In this document: positions 21,374-31,771 of the stretch, piece after piece
Position numbering within the stretch: position 1 is the stretch's first letter
Layout of the letters: each line of letters begins with the position of its first letter
DNA from: an uncultured Planctomycetota bacterium
GTDB lineage: Bacteria; Planctomycetota; Planctomycetia; Gemmatales; Gemmataceae
Length of the DNA stretch: 64,000 nucleotides
NCBI GenBank assembly: GCA_963849325.1
Contig: CAWKHF010000005.1
Coordinates: 960,001-1,024,000, forward strand
Reading direction: 5' to 3'
Made by a program: the position numbers and the translations under genes
Notes under the pieces: generated by a model
What the model was told of the DNA's origin: nothing
The model's database searches: none
Seen by the model: only the letters and a program-made list of their open reading frames with translations

Positions 21374-22717
21374 GTGAGTGGGCAGCGGCAGGCGGACGGA
21401 CGTTGGTACGAGGGCATCACCCGCTATCAATGGCTGGTGTTGATCGTGGCCTCGCTGGGCTGGGTCTTCGACGTTTTCGAGGGCCAAATCTTCGTCGCCA
21501 GCATGAACCAGGCGATGCCCGCGCTGGTGCCCGCCGGCAGCCAGCGCCACAACCTACCCTATTACACCAACATCACGCTCGCGGCTTTCCTCCTCGGCGG
21601 CGCTCTGGGCGGCGTCGTCTTCGGCCTGCTCAGCGATCGCATCGGCCGCAAGAGGACGATGACGTACACCATCCTGATGTACTCGCTGTTCACCTGCGTG
21701 TCGGCCTTCGCCGGAACGTGGTGGGAGATGGCCGGCTATCGCTTTCTGGTGGCGCTGGGCGTCGGCGGCGAATGGGCGGTGGCCAGCGCCCTGGCCGCCG
21801 AGGTCTTTCCGCAACGCGCCCGCACCTGGTCGCAGTCGATTTTCCATGCGTCGAGCGTGCTGGGCACGCTGCTGGCCGTCGCCGCCGGGGCGCTCATCGT
21901 CGCCAACCCGCGCCTCACCTTCACGATCGCCCTGCCGGGCGGCGACTTCGTCGTCACCGGCTGGCGCATGGGCTTTCTCCTCGGCGTCGCGCCGGCCCTG
22001 CTCATTATCTGGGTCCGGGTGAGTCTGCGCGAACCGGAGCGTTGGCTGAAAGCGCGAGCGGTCCCGGGCGACAGCACGCCATCGGTGTGGCAACTATTCG
22101 AGCCGGGACTCTTGCGGCGGACGCTGGTGGGAGTGGGGTTGGCCACGATCGGACTGGCGACCTTCTGGGGTACGCACATCTACGGCAAGGACATGCTCGA
22201 ACAGGCGTACAGGGCGGCGACCGGGGAAGAGAACGCGAAGGTCGTCAAACAGGTCGAGATGCTCGGCATGTTGCTCGTCACGCTCGGCGGCGGCGTGGGA
22301 CTGGTCGCCTTCGGGCCGATCTGCGAACGCCTGGGCCGGCGCGGAGCGTTCCTGTTCTATCACCTGGGCGGATTGGCGGCGGCCCTGCTGCTCTTCAAGG
22401 GACTGACGGGAGTGACGACGATCGGTGTGTTCCTGCCGATCTTCGGTTTCCTGACGCTGGGCATGCACGCCGGCTATGCAGTCTACTTCCCCGAGTTGTT
22501 TCCGACGCGCCTGCGGAGTACCGGCGGCGGCTTCTGCTTCAACGTCGGCCGTATCCTGGCCGCTCCCATTCTCTTCCTCAGCGGCTGGCTGCAATCGGAC
22601 GGGGGCATGAACCTGGGCATGGCCAATGCCGCAGCTCTCCTCAGCTTGTTGTTCCCCCTCGGCGCGCTGCTGTTGCTGTTCGCTCCCGAGACGCGAGGGC
22701 AAGATCTGCCGGCGTAA
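21374..22717 (+). CDS. MFS transporter
   Basis: GLLSDRIGRKR motif A; GVGGEW; PELFPTRLR; many TM helices. Confidence 0.93.
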   Translation: MSGQRQADGRWYEGITRYQWLVLIVASLGWVFDVFEGQIFVASMNQAMPALVPAGSQRHNLPYYTNITLAAFLLGGALGGVVFGLLSDRIGRKRTMTYTILMYSLFTCVSAFAGTWWEMAGYRFLVALGVGGEWAVASALAAEVFPQRARTWSQSIFHASSVLGTLLAVAAGALIVANPRLTFTIALPGGDFVVTGWRMGFLLGVAPALLIIWVRVSLREPERWLKARAVPGDSTPSVWQLFEPGLLRRTLVGVGLATIGLATFWGTHIYGKDMLEQAYRAATGEENAKVVKQVEMLGMLLVTLGGGVGLVAFGPICERLGRRGAFLFYHLGGLAAALLLFKGLTGVTTIGVFLPIFGFLTLGMHAGYAVYFPELFPTRLRSTGGGFCFNVGRILAAPILFLSGWLQSDGGMNLGMANAAALLSLLFPLGALLLLFAPETRGQDLPA

Positions 22718-22753
22718 GGGCGAACCTTTCTCTCCGCGAGGAGTCTGACGGAC

Positions 22754-22957
22754 ATGGACCAGGACAAACGCCGCTATCGCCAGCTCAAGCGCGACCTGAA
22801 ACGGGCTGGCAATCGCAAGCGCCGCCGCCAGCTTCAGCGCGAACTGGTGGAACACCCCGAGAACGCTGGGCAAACGACGTTCGACTTTGGCCGTCACGGC
22901 AGCGCCGGACTCAACGGCAACGACCGCGACGCCACGCGACGCCGCGAAGACGATTAA
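22754..22957 (+). CDS. Small basic hypothetical protein
   Basis: GAGGAG RBS, ATG start, high-GC3 codon usage. Confidence 0.6.
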   Translation: MDQDKRRYRQLKRDLKRAGNRKRRRQLQRELVEHPENAGQTTFDFGRHGSAGLNGNDRDATRRREDD

Positions 22958-24867
22958 CCCCCGGCCCATTCCAGCACGCGCGGGAACGGCACCTGATCGA
23001 GGGCGCCGAACAAGGGATGACCGCCGAGCTTTGCCCGCGATAATCGAGGCGAGGTCAGACCGCACAGAAAACGGGCCAGCGTTCTCGGCTCGGCGAACAG
23101 CTCTGGCCGCTCGCGGCGCAACTCTCCGACGCGATCCCGGAGCGCCGGATCAAGGACGGTCGCCGGACGCGGCGGAATGTCCGCCGGCCGATGCCCGTTC
23201 AAACACCAGGAACAATGGCCGCACGGTTTCGCCAGCGCTTCGCCGAAATGCTCGCCCAGGCGCGATACGAGACATCCATCGTTTCCGGCCCATTCCAGCA
23301 CCTGCCGGAGCCGACCGATCTCTCGCGCCTCGCGGTCGAGCGTCCGCTGGTGCAGCGTCCGCGCCATCTCGTCGAGGCTGGCCGGCGGGCGGCGGCGGTG
23401 GTAGCGATTGCGCACACCCTCGACTTTGAGAGTCAAGAGACCTTGTTCCTCAAGATATTGCAGAGCGCTGACGACCCGATCGCGCGTTGCACCGGCGGCG
23501 GCCGCCGCTTTCTCTGCGTCGATCGTGAACCACTTCACCGCCTTGACCGCCTGACCGAGCACCCTGGATAGAAACGTCCGCCGTTCGCCGGTGAAGCGCG
23601 CCAGGATTTCCGCCGAGGTACACAGCGGCTGGAACTGGTAGCGGGCGTAAAACGGCGTACCGGCTTCGAGGTAGCCGTCCAGCTCCAGATAGGTCAGCAG
23701 CGTGTTCAGCACGAGCGGGCGAAGATCGTGCTCGGCGGCCAGGTCGTACAGGCTGACGTCGAACTCGTCGCCGCGTCCGAAGACGTCGCGCAGCAGTCCT
23801 TGCACCGAGGAGAGGGCCGGCGTATCGCCGTAGACGAAATTCTCCAGGGTGCCCAGGTCGCGCGGACAGACGAACATCTCGCAATGGGCGGGGGCGTCAT
23901 CGCGTCCGGCTCGGCCGATCTCCTGGGAGAAGTTCTCCAGGCTCTTGGGCAGGTTGTAATGGTACACCGCCCGGATATCGGACTTGTCGATGCCCATGCC
24001 GAAGGCAATGGTCGCCACGACGACGGCATGATCGGCACGGGCGAACCAGTCCTGAATTTCGGCGCGGATCTCGTCGGCGAGTCCGGCGTGATACGGGCGA
24101 GCGGGCAGTCCGGCCGCGGCGAGGCGCGACGCCACGTCCTCGGCCGTGCGCTGCAGGGTGACGTAGACGATGGACGCGCCGGGGGGCCGGCTGCTCAGAC
24201 CTCGGATCAGGTCTTCGTCGCGTTTCTCCGGAGTCACGGGGGAGACGAGGACGGTGAGGTTGGGGCGATAGAAGCCGGTACGGACGGCGCAGGCTGGATC
24301 GATGCCGAAGCCGCGGCAGATGTCCGTCAACACGTGCGGCGTGGCCGTCGCCGTCAGCGCCAGCGTGCGCTCGGCACGGCAGGCGGCCGCGAAGTGGGCC
24401 AATTTGAGATAATCCGGACGAAAATTGTGGCCCCATTCAGAGATGCAGTGGGCCTCGTCCACGGCGAACAACGACACGCGGACGCGCTCCAGCGCCGCCC
24501 GAAATCGCTCGTTGTTGAAACGCTCGGGCGCGACGTAGAGCAAGCGGAGTTGGCCGGCGCGGAGGGAACTGGTGACGGCGGCGACCTCATCGGCGTCGCG
24601 CGTCGAATCGAGACGTTCGGCGCGAATGTTGCGAGCTTGTAAGCGCTCGATCTGCTCGCGCATGAGGGCGATCAGCGGCGAAACAACCACGGTCAATCCC
24701 GGCAGCAGCAGGGCCGGCAGTTGATAACACAGCGATTTGCCGCTGCCGGTGGGAAAGACGGCCGCCGCGGATCGACCGGCCAGCAGGTGGCCGATGACCT
24801 CTTCCTGTCCGGGGCGGAAGCGCTCGAAACCAAACGTCTGACGCAGTACGTCGTGGGCCGTGGACAT
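22954..24867 (-). CDS. recQ: RecQ-family ATP-dependent DNA helicase
   Basis: PTGSGKSLCYQ, DEAHCISEWGHNFRPDY, QEIGRAGRD, CGHCSWC. Confidence 0.93.
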   Translation of the reverse strand: MSTAHDVLRQTFGFERFRPGQEEVIGHLLAGRSAAAVFPTGSGKSLCYQLPALLLPGLTVVVSPLIALMREQIERLQARNIRAERLDSTRDADEVAAVTSSLRAGQLRLLYVAPERFNNERFRAALERVRVSLFAVDEAHCISEWGHNFRPDYLKLAHFAAACRAERTLALTATATPHVLTDICRGFGIDPACAVRTGFYRPNLTVLVSPVTPEKRDEDLIRGLSSRPPGASIVYVTLQRTAEDVASRLAAAGLPARPYHAGLADEIRAEIQDWFARADHAVVVATIAFGMGIDKSDIRAVYHYNLPKSLENFSQEIGRAGRDDAPAHCEMFVCPRDLGTLENFVYGDTPALSSVQGLLRDVFGRGDEFDVSLYDLAAEHDLRPLVLNTLLTYLELDGYLEAGTPFYARYQFQPLCTSAEILARFTGERRTFLSRVLGQAVKAVKWFTIDAEKAAAAAGATRDRVVSALQYLEEQGLLTLKVEGVRNRYHRRRPPASLDEMARTLHQRTLDREAREIGRLRQVLEWAGNDGCLVSRLGEHFGEALAKPCGHCSWCLNGHRPADIPPRPATVLDPALRDRVGELRRERPELFAEPRTLARFLCGLTSPRLSRAKLGGHPLFGALDQVPFPRVLEWAGG

Positions 24868-25016
24868 GGGCCGCTCCCGGAACGCAATCGGCAAGGGAGG
24901 AGAAGCAACGGCCCCACTCTAGCACGGATCGGACGACGCGGATACTGACTTTTGTGGACGGACGAGGTATCCTGACGGGTAGGGCAAATCTCACCTCCCT
25001 TCGGCGAGGTCGCATC

Positions 25017-26868
25017 ATGAAGAAGCTACTGACGGTGGGACTCCTGGCCGGCGTCATGCTGACAGCGATGGTCAACCCGGCTCGCGCCGTCGATCCGGAC
25101 GCCGTCAAACGGGCCGTTGATCGAGGCGTAACTGCATTGCGGGGTTTGCAGGGCGCCGACGGCACCTGGCGTTATCCGGAGATCGGCGCCACCGCCCTGG
25201 CCGGATTGACTCTGCTGGAGTGCGGCGTGCCGGCGGACGATCGGTCGGTGTCGCAGGCCGCCGAGGTCGTGCGACAGGCCGGCGTCACTCTGACGCACAC
25301 CTACTCGATCGCCCTGATCCTTCTCTTTCTCGATCGCCTCGGCGATCCGGCGGACGAGGCGTTGATTGAATCGCTGACCGTGCGTCTGCTGGGAGGGCAG
25401 GGCAGCACGGGTGGCTGGACCTATCATTGTCCGGCGATCCCGGAGAAAGAGGTGCGGCGCCTGCAGGCGAAGCGGAATGACCGGAAAGGACCGGCGGATG
25501 GCCGCGATCCTCCCAAGCCCGGTCCCGGTCAACGTGCGGGCAAGAAGTTGCCCGCGGAGATCCAGCAACAACTGGCCGCGCTGAGCCGAGCGGGTGCGAC
25601 CTTCGGCACCGGACAGAGCGACAATTCCAACACGCAGTTCGCCACGCTGGCCTTGTGGGTGGCCCGGCGTCATGGCTTACCCGTTGAAAAAGCCTTGCGC
25701 CTCATCGACGCCCGTTTCCGCACCAGTCAGAACCCCGACGGCGGCTGGGGCTACTCCGATTGGCGAACGGGACGCGGACCCGGCCGGCGTGCCGCCTCGA
25801 CCGCCTCGATGACCTGTGCCGGCCTGCTCGCTCTGGCGGTGGAGCATGGGGCGGCGCTGGAAAGCGCCGCGCGAAAAAACACGTCCGAGACCTTGGCAAG
25901 GACACCGCCGTGCGCAAGGGCTTACTCGCCCTGGGCACCGCGGTCGGCAATCCGGCCGGGGCAGGGCGCCGATGGGCAATGGCGGAGGCGTCGCGCGGGT
26001 GGGCGGACGAACATATTATTTCTTGTGGTCGCTGGAGCGTGTCGCCGTGGCGCTGGACTTGAAGACGATCGGCAAGAAAGATTGGTACGGCTGGGGCGCG
26101 GAAATCCTGCTGGCCAATCAACAGCGTGACGGCTCTTGGGATGGCGATTACTCGCCCGCCGGCATCGACACGTGTTTCGCGCTGTTGTTCCTCCAGCGCG
26201 CCAACCTGGCGCGCGATCTGACGTCCCGGATTACCGGCAAGTTGCAAGACCCGGCCGAACGGACCCTCAAGGGCGGCGGCGTCGGCGGCTCCGCCGTGCT
26301 CGGCGAGAGCATCGCCCAGATCAAGCCGGGCCTCGAAAGCAAGGACGCCCAACCGATCGCCAAGCCGCTGCAGGATCTCCCCGCCAATCCCAAGCCGCTG
26401 AATACTCCCAGCACGCGGATGGCGGACGACCTGGTGAAATCGTCCGGCTCGCGCCAGACGTCGCTGCTGAGCCACATGCGTGATGGCAAGGGCGTCGTGT
26501 TCACGGAGGCGTTGGCCTACGCGATTCCGCGTCTGCGCGGCGACATCCAGCAACAGGCGCGGCGAGCGCTGGTCGAACGTCTGACGCGCATGAAGGCGGA
26601 GACGCTGAGGGATTATCTCGAAGACGAAGACGCCGAGATTCGCCGAGCTGCTGCCCTGGCCTGCGCACGCAAGGAGAACAAGGCGCTCACTCCCCACCTC
26701 ATCCCGCTTGTGGGCGACGCGGATCGCTCGGTGGCGGAGGCGGCGCATGCGGCCTTGAAAGATCTCACCGGCCAGGACTTCGGTCCCGCCGCCGCGGCCA
26801 GCCGCGAAGACCGCGAACAAGCCGCGCGCAAGTGGCTCGATTGGTGGAACAAACAGGACGGCAAATAG
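25017..26868 (+). CDS. Secreted prenyltransferase/squalene-oxidase-repeat protein with C-terminal HEAT repeats; frameshifts near 25880-25970
   Basis: Signal peptide; QGADGTW, DNSNTQFA, QNPDGGWGY, QQRDGSW; EIRRAAALA, VAEAAHAALK. Confidence 0.8.
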
Positions 26869-26889
26869 TCCGCGTCCAAGTCCGTTCTT

Positions 26890-27108
26890 CAAGCCGCTTG
26901 CGGCTTGGCGTGCGCCCCGCAGCGCTAAGTGCCTCTAATAAAATGAACCACAGATGAACACGGATGAACACGGATAAAAGACAAAATGAGAGAAAGACAC
27001 CGGAAAGGGAGCGTTCCTCGCTAGCGCTTTTCTTTTTGTTTTGATCCGTGTTCATCTGTGTTCATCTGTGGTTCATTATTTTACAGGTTATAAGCCGCAA
27101 GGGGCTTG
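26890..27108. repeat. Nested palindrome: 10-mer-armed stem-loop (26942-27077, unit ACAC[GA]GATGA) inside outer arms CAAGCCGCTTGCGGCTTG / TAAGCCGCAAGGGGCTTG
   Basis: AATGAACCACAGATGAACACGGATGAACACGGAT pairs with ATCCGTGTTCATCTGTGTTCATCTGTGGTTCATT. Confidence 0.88.
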
Positions 27109-27193
27109 GGCGACCGACTCTCCCTTGCCATCCGCTGCCTTTGCTGCTACAAGATTCTTACGTTGCTTTTCGACGATCGGGGAGCTTGCCGCG

Positions 27194-27289
27194 ATGGCAC
27201 GTCGGACGAACCTGGCAGCCTGCATCCTCCCGGCCCCGCTGGCCGGTCGGGCTGTTCTCGTCGCCGCCGCCATCGCTGTCACGGGCTAA
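27194..27289 (+). CDS. Putative attenuator leader peptide, 31 aa (MARRTNLAACILPAPLAGRAVLVAAAIAVTG)
   Basis: GGGGAG RBS 9 nt upstream; Ala/Val/Leu/Ile run just before the stop; followed directly by antiterminator and terminator. Confidence 0.7.
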   Translation: MARRTNLAACILPAPLAGRAVLVAAAIAVTG

Positions 27290-27351
27290 CCGGGTCGTCT
27301 TATCTCGATTGGAGAACCACGACCCGGGGTAGCCCCCCGGGTTTTTTCTTT
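27290..27351 (+). terminator. Attenuator: antiterminator (27290-27298 with 27319-27327) overlapping an intrinsic terminator (27322-27329 with 27335-27342, then T-tract)
   Basis: CCGGGTCGT/ACGACCCGG and ACCCGGGG/CCCCGGGT share the ACCCGG segment; TTTTTTCTTT follows; about 20 nt before the next ATG. Confidence 0.8.
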
Positions 27352-27369
27352 CCCGCCTGGAGAACCCTC

Positions 27370-28719
27370 ATGCCGCCGGTGCCGCTGTCGTCGCGCTCGC
27401 AACGCACCACCGAGTCCCCCATCGGGTATTTCGTGCGCCTGGCCCTGGAAGATCCCTCGCTCATCAGCCTGGCCGCCGGCCTGGTCGATGAGGAGTCGCT
27501 GCCGGTCGAGGAGGTCGCCGAGGCGCTGGCCGAACTGCTCGCCCAGCCCACCGCCGGCCGGGCCGCCCTCCAGTACGGCACCGTCCAGGGTCATGGGCCG
27601 CTGCGCCGGCAGATCCTCCATCGCTTCGCCGCCGCCGACGGACTGCGTCCCGAGGACGTGAGCCTGACGCCCGACGAGGTCGTCATCACCACCGGCTCGC
27701 AGCAATTGCTGGCCCTGCTCGCCGACGTCCTGCTCGATCCGGGCGACATCGTCATCACCGAGGCGCCGACCTACTTCGTTTATCAGGGCGTCCTCCAGAG
27801 CGCCGGCGCCCGCGTCCATGCCGTGCCGATGGACGCCGACGGGCTGAACACCGACGCCCTCGACGAACTACTGCGGCGTCTGGATCGCGCGGGCGAGCTG
27901 GGGCGAGTGAAGCTGATCTACACCTGCGACTACTATCAGAACCCGACCGGCCTGACGCTGTCGATGCAGCGGCGGCGAAAGCTGCTGGAGCTGGCGCGAC
28001 AGTATAGCCGTTCGCATCGCATCCTGATCCTGGAAGACGCCGCCTACCGCGAGCTGCGCTATGAAGGCGAAGACCTGCCGAGCATCAAGAGCTTCGACAC
28101 CCGCAACGAACACGTCATCTGGACTTCGACCTTCTCCAAGCCATGCGCTCCGGGGCTGAAGACCGGCTACGGTATCCTGCCGCGCGATCTGGTCGGCCCC
28201 TTGCTGCGGCTGAAGGGCAATCACGACTTCGGGTCCAACAATCTGACGCAATACCTGCTGGAGCGCCTGCTGGCGAGTGGGGCCTATGATGTACACGTCG
28301 AACGGCTGCGCGACGTCTACCGCCGCAAGCGCGACGCCCTGCTCGACGCGCTGGCGGCGGAATTTCGAGATGACCCGCGAATCTCCTGGACGCGGCCGGC
28401 GGGCGGACTGTACGTGTGGGCGACCTTCCCGCCCGGCATGGAGGCGGGTCCGTCGAGCCGGCTACTGCGGGCGGCGCTGGACGAAGGCGTGCTGTACGTT
28501 CCCGGCGAATACGGCTACGTCGCCGACGACGGCGCTCCGTTGCCGCGCCACGAGGCGCGGTTGAGCTTCGGGGTGGCGACGCCGGAACAGCTTCGTGAAG
28601 GCGTCCGCCGTCTGCGCCGGGCCATCCTGTCCGCCTCTGCCGGCGCGAAGGACTGGGGAGTTAGTCACGGAACACCCAGCGCATCATCTCCCCCAACTTC
28701 GCCCCCTTGCCCTGCATGA
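27370..28719 (+). CDS. PLP-dependent aminotransferase (ARO8/LysN/AvtA-like)
   Basis: ISLAAGL, ALQYG, TTGSQQ, YQNPTG, EDAAY, TFSK, GGLYVW, RLSFG. Confidence 0.9.
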   Translation: MPPVPLSSRSQRTTESPIGYFVRLALEDPSLISLAAGLVDEESLPVEEVAEALAELLAQPTAGRAALQYGTVQGHGPLRRQILHRFAAADGLRPEDVSLTPDEVVITTGSQQLLALLADVLLDPGDIVITEAPTYFVYQGVLQSAGARVHAVPMDADGLNTDALDELLRRLDRAGELGRVKLIYTCDYYQNPTGLTLSMQRRRKLLELARQYSRSHRILILEDAAYRELRYEGEDLPSIKSFDTRNEHVIWTSTFSKPCAPGLKTGYGILPRDLVGPLLRLKGNHDFGSNNLTQYLLERLLASGAYDVHVERLRDVYRRKRDALLDALAAEFRDDPRISWTRPAGGLYVWATFPPGMEAGPSSRLLRAALDEGVLYVPGEYGYVADDGAPLPRHEARLSFGVATPEQLREGVRRLRRAILSASAGAKDWGVSHGTPSASSPPTSPPCPA

Positions 28720-30009
28720 GGATGCCGACGCGGAAGACGCGGCCGGCGGCCCAGACGCACAGCATCGTCGTGGCCAGCACCACCACGGCGCCAACGACTG
28801 GCTGCCAGGTCTCGACGCCCGGCGGCACCGACTGCCGCACGATCATCAGCATCGGCGTAGCGAAGGGGAAGAACGATAGTCCCGTGGCCACGGAACTGTT
28901 GGGTTCCTGCAAGACACTGCCCAGGAGAAACATCGGCATGACCGCCAACATCATGACCGGCCACATCAAGTTCTGCGTCTCCTTCATGTCCGTGCAGGCG
29001 GCGCCGATGGCGATGAACAGCGAGCCGTACATCAGCGCCGCCAACGCCTGGAAGACGACGAACCAGGCCAGCAGATGTCCGGGAATGTACTCGGCGAAAC
29101 CGTAGTGCTGCGCCGACCAGTACACGCCGCCGAGGTAAACCGCCGTGATGGTCAGCGACACCGCCGTCATGCCCAGCAGCTTGCCGAGCATCAGGTCGAA
29201 CGGCCGTACCGACGCCAGAAGCACCTCGGCGATGCGCTGCATCTTCTCCTCAACCACGCCCTGCATGAGCGGCGTCGCACTCATCATGATAATCATGAAC
29301 ATCAGCATCATGAAACCCATCGGCACGGCCACCGGAGCGAACCGGCTCTGCAAGGTGGCGTCCTCGATTTCGCCGGTGATCGGGTTGCGCCGCGTCAACC
29401 CCTTCGATTCGAGCGTCACTGGCCGCATGACCTCGCGCACTTTCTCCAGCGGCGCCTGCAAGCCGGCCTCGCGGAAGCGGAGTTCCTGCACGCGGGGAGC
29501 CAGAAACGTCCTCATCAGGCGCGGGAAGCTCTCATTGGTGGGACGATTCGACTGGTAGCGGATGCCGTGACGGTCCTCGGCGTCGTCCGCGAGCGATGGC
29601 GGCTGGAGGACATCGGGACCGATGTCGAGGAAGCCGAACAACTCCCCGTTGCGAACGCGCTCGGAGAGGTCGGCGCGTTGTCCGGCCATCGCCTCAGGTG
29701 TATCCGCCGAGGGCGCCACTGCCTCCACGCGGAAGAACGGCTGCACCTGCTTGCCCGTCTGGGGATCGCGCGTTTGCGTCGGTTGTACTGCTCGACACAC
29801 GCTTCGATGGACGGATAGAGGCGGGTGCCGGGAGTGCGATCGACGACCGCGAAGCGCTTCTCGGCGATATCGTGAAAATCGCGTAGAAGCCACTGCACCA
29901 GCAGACTGCCGCCCATCATGACCGGCATGATGACCAGGCTGACGACGAACGCCTTGGTGCGCACGGCGGCCAGGTACTCGCGCACGGCGACGACCAACAT
30001 CTTACGCAT
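28661..30009 (-). CDS. ABC transporter permease (NatB/YhaP-like); frameshift near 29775
   Basis: REYLAAVRTKAF; EEKMQRIAEVLLAS; LMLGKLLG; PFATPMLM. Confidence 0.88.
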
Positions 30010-30937
30010 GGACCTGGTCCTCCGGCGCCGCGGCCGCCTCGGCGGCGTCTGGCCGGGCGATGCGAACGAAGATGTCGTGCAGGGTGGGACGGACCAGCTC
30101 GAAATGGCGGACCCGGCCGCGCCGCATCAGGCCGGTCAGCACCTCTTGCGAATCCGCCTCGGCCGCCAAACGCAGCTCCTGCCAGCGGCCGAGGTCCGTC
30201 ACGCGGACGACGCCCGGCAAGTCCTCCAGCGTCGCCGGCCCGTCGAGGTGGACGCGCAGCGTGTCCCGGCCGTAGGCGTCCTGGATCGACTCCAGGGTGC
30301 CGTCGAGTACCTTGCGGCCCTTGTAGATCATGAAGATGAAGTCGCACAGCTTCTCGGCCACGCTCATGTCGTGCGTCGAAAAGATGATGGTCGCCCCCTG
30401 GCGGCGCAGGTCGAGGATCGCCTCGCGCAGCACCTCGGTGTTGACCGGATCGAGGCCGCTGAACGGTTCGTCGAGCAGCACCAGTTCCGGTCGCGCGATG
30501 ATGGTGGCGATGAATTGTACTTTCTGGGCCATGCCCTTGGACAGCGTCTCGACCTTTTTGTCGCCCCAGTCGGCGAGGTCCATGCGCTCCAGCCAGGCAT
30601 CGATGGCCGGCCGGCTGCGGCGAAAGCCTTTCAACTCGGCGTAGAAACGGAGCACGTCGCGCACCTTCATCTGCTTGTACAGGCCGCGCTCTTCCGGCAG
30701 GTAGGCGACGCGGTCGAGGATTGATCGGGCGTCGCGCCCTCCCTCGTCGAGGACGCGGAGGGTGCCGCGATCGGGATAGAGGATGCGCATAATCATGCGG
30801 AGCGTGGTCGTCTTGCCGGAGCCGTTGGGCCCGATGAAGCCGTAGATGCTGCCGCGCGGCACTTCCAGGCTGAGGTCGTCCACGGCGACGTGCTGGCGGA
30901 AGGTCTTGGTCACCTGTTCGATCGCGACGGCGGACAT
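30002..30937 (-). CDS. ABC transporter ATP-binding protein (NatA/YhaQ-like)
   Basis: GPNGSGKTT, LSKGMAQK, LLDEPFSGLDP. Confidence 0.93.
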   Translation of the reverse strand: MSAVAIEQVTKTFRQHVAVDDLSLEVPRGSIYGFIGPNGSGKTTTLRMIMRILYPDRGTLRVLDEGGRDARSILDRVAYLPEERGLYKQMKVRDVLRFYAELKGFRRSRPAIDAWLERMDLADWGDKKVETLSKGMAQKVQFIATIIARPELVLLDEPFSGLDPVNTEVLREAILDLRRQGATIIFSTHDMSVAEKLCDFIFMIYKGRKVLDGTLESIQDAYGRDTLRVHLDGPATLEDLPGVVRVTDLGRWQELRLAAEADSQEVLTGLMRRGRVRHFELVRPTLHDIFVRIARPDAAEAAAAPEDQVHA

Positions 30938-30996
30938 GCGTCTCCTCGGGGGAGAGTGGAAATGTTCTTTTGTTGATGGTATCCAGGGACCATCCG

Positions 30997-31050
30997 TCCG
31001 AGCCTGAAGCGTAAGCGAAGAGCAACCTTCGCTTACGCTTCAGGCTCGGA
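30997..31050. repeat. Family B palindrome
   Basis: Perfect 24-bp arms. Confidence 0.93.
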
Positions 31051-31056
31051 GAGAGG

Positions 31057-31578
31057 CTATCCGTCCGCCTTGCGCAGCTGCTGCCACCACAGCAGCGCCA
31101 GCAGCGTTTTGGCATCGCGGATGGTGCCGTCGCGGGTCCAGGCCAATGCCTGCGACCAGGCGACGACTTGCGGTTCCAGCTGCTCGTCGATCTCCGGTCT
31201 CATGGTCCCGGCCGTCAGGTCCGAGGCGACGAACAGGTGCGTCCGTTCGCTCAGGATGCCGGGCGACGGATAGAACTCCAGCAGCTTGCGCCAACGGCCG
31301 GCCTGGTAGCCGGTCTCCTCGGCCAGTTCACGGACGGCCGCCGCCTCGATGTCTTCGCCCGGCTCCAACGTGCCGGCCGGGATCTCCCACAGTACTTCGT
31401 TGAGAATGAACCGATGATTGCGCAGAAGACAGATGTGCTCGTCATCCACCAGCGGCAGGATGGCCACGGCCCCTGGATGCAGCACGACGTCGCGCAGGAC
31501 CGTCTGGCCGTCGGGCGCCTGGCTGCGGTCCACGGCAACCTGAATCTTGCGCCCCCGGTGAACAATGTCCCATGCCAT
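31057..31578 (-). CDS. NUDIX hydrolase (ADP-ribose pyrophosphatase-like)
   Basis: EIPAGTLEPGEDIEAAAVRELAEETG Nudix box; YPSPG; IRDAKT. Confidence 0.92.
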   Translation of the reverse strand: MAWDIVHRGRKIQVAVDRSQAPDGQTVLRDVVLHPGAVAILPLVDDEHICLLRNHRFILNEVLWEIPAGTLEPGEDIEAAAVRELAEETGYQAGRWRKLLEFYPSPGILSERTHLFVASDLTAGTMRPEIDEQLEPQVVAWSQALAWTRDGTIRDAKTLLALLWWQQLRKADG

Positions 31579-31771
31579 GACTGGCCTCCTGAAGGGTCGG
31601 CCGCTACGCCGAGCCTCGGCGGTGGAGCGGATGATTGCGTGTCCGTGCCTGCGATGATAGAATCACAACGTCGAAGAGGCAACGCTTCCACCGGAAGACA
31701 GCGCCGTCCGGCCCGTACGTGTCCGCGTGTCGGCGAGGGGCGAGGACGGCGGGAACTGGCGAGCTGCTGTG

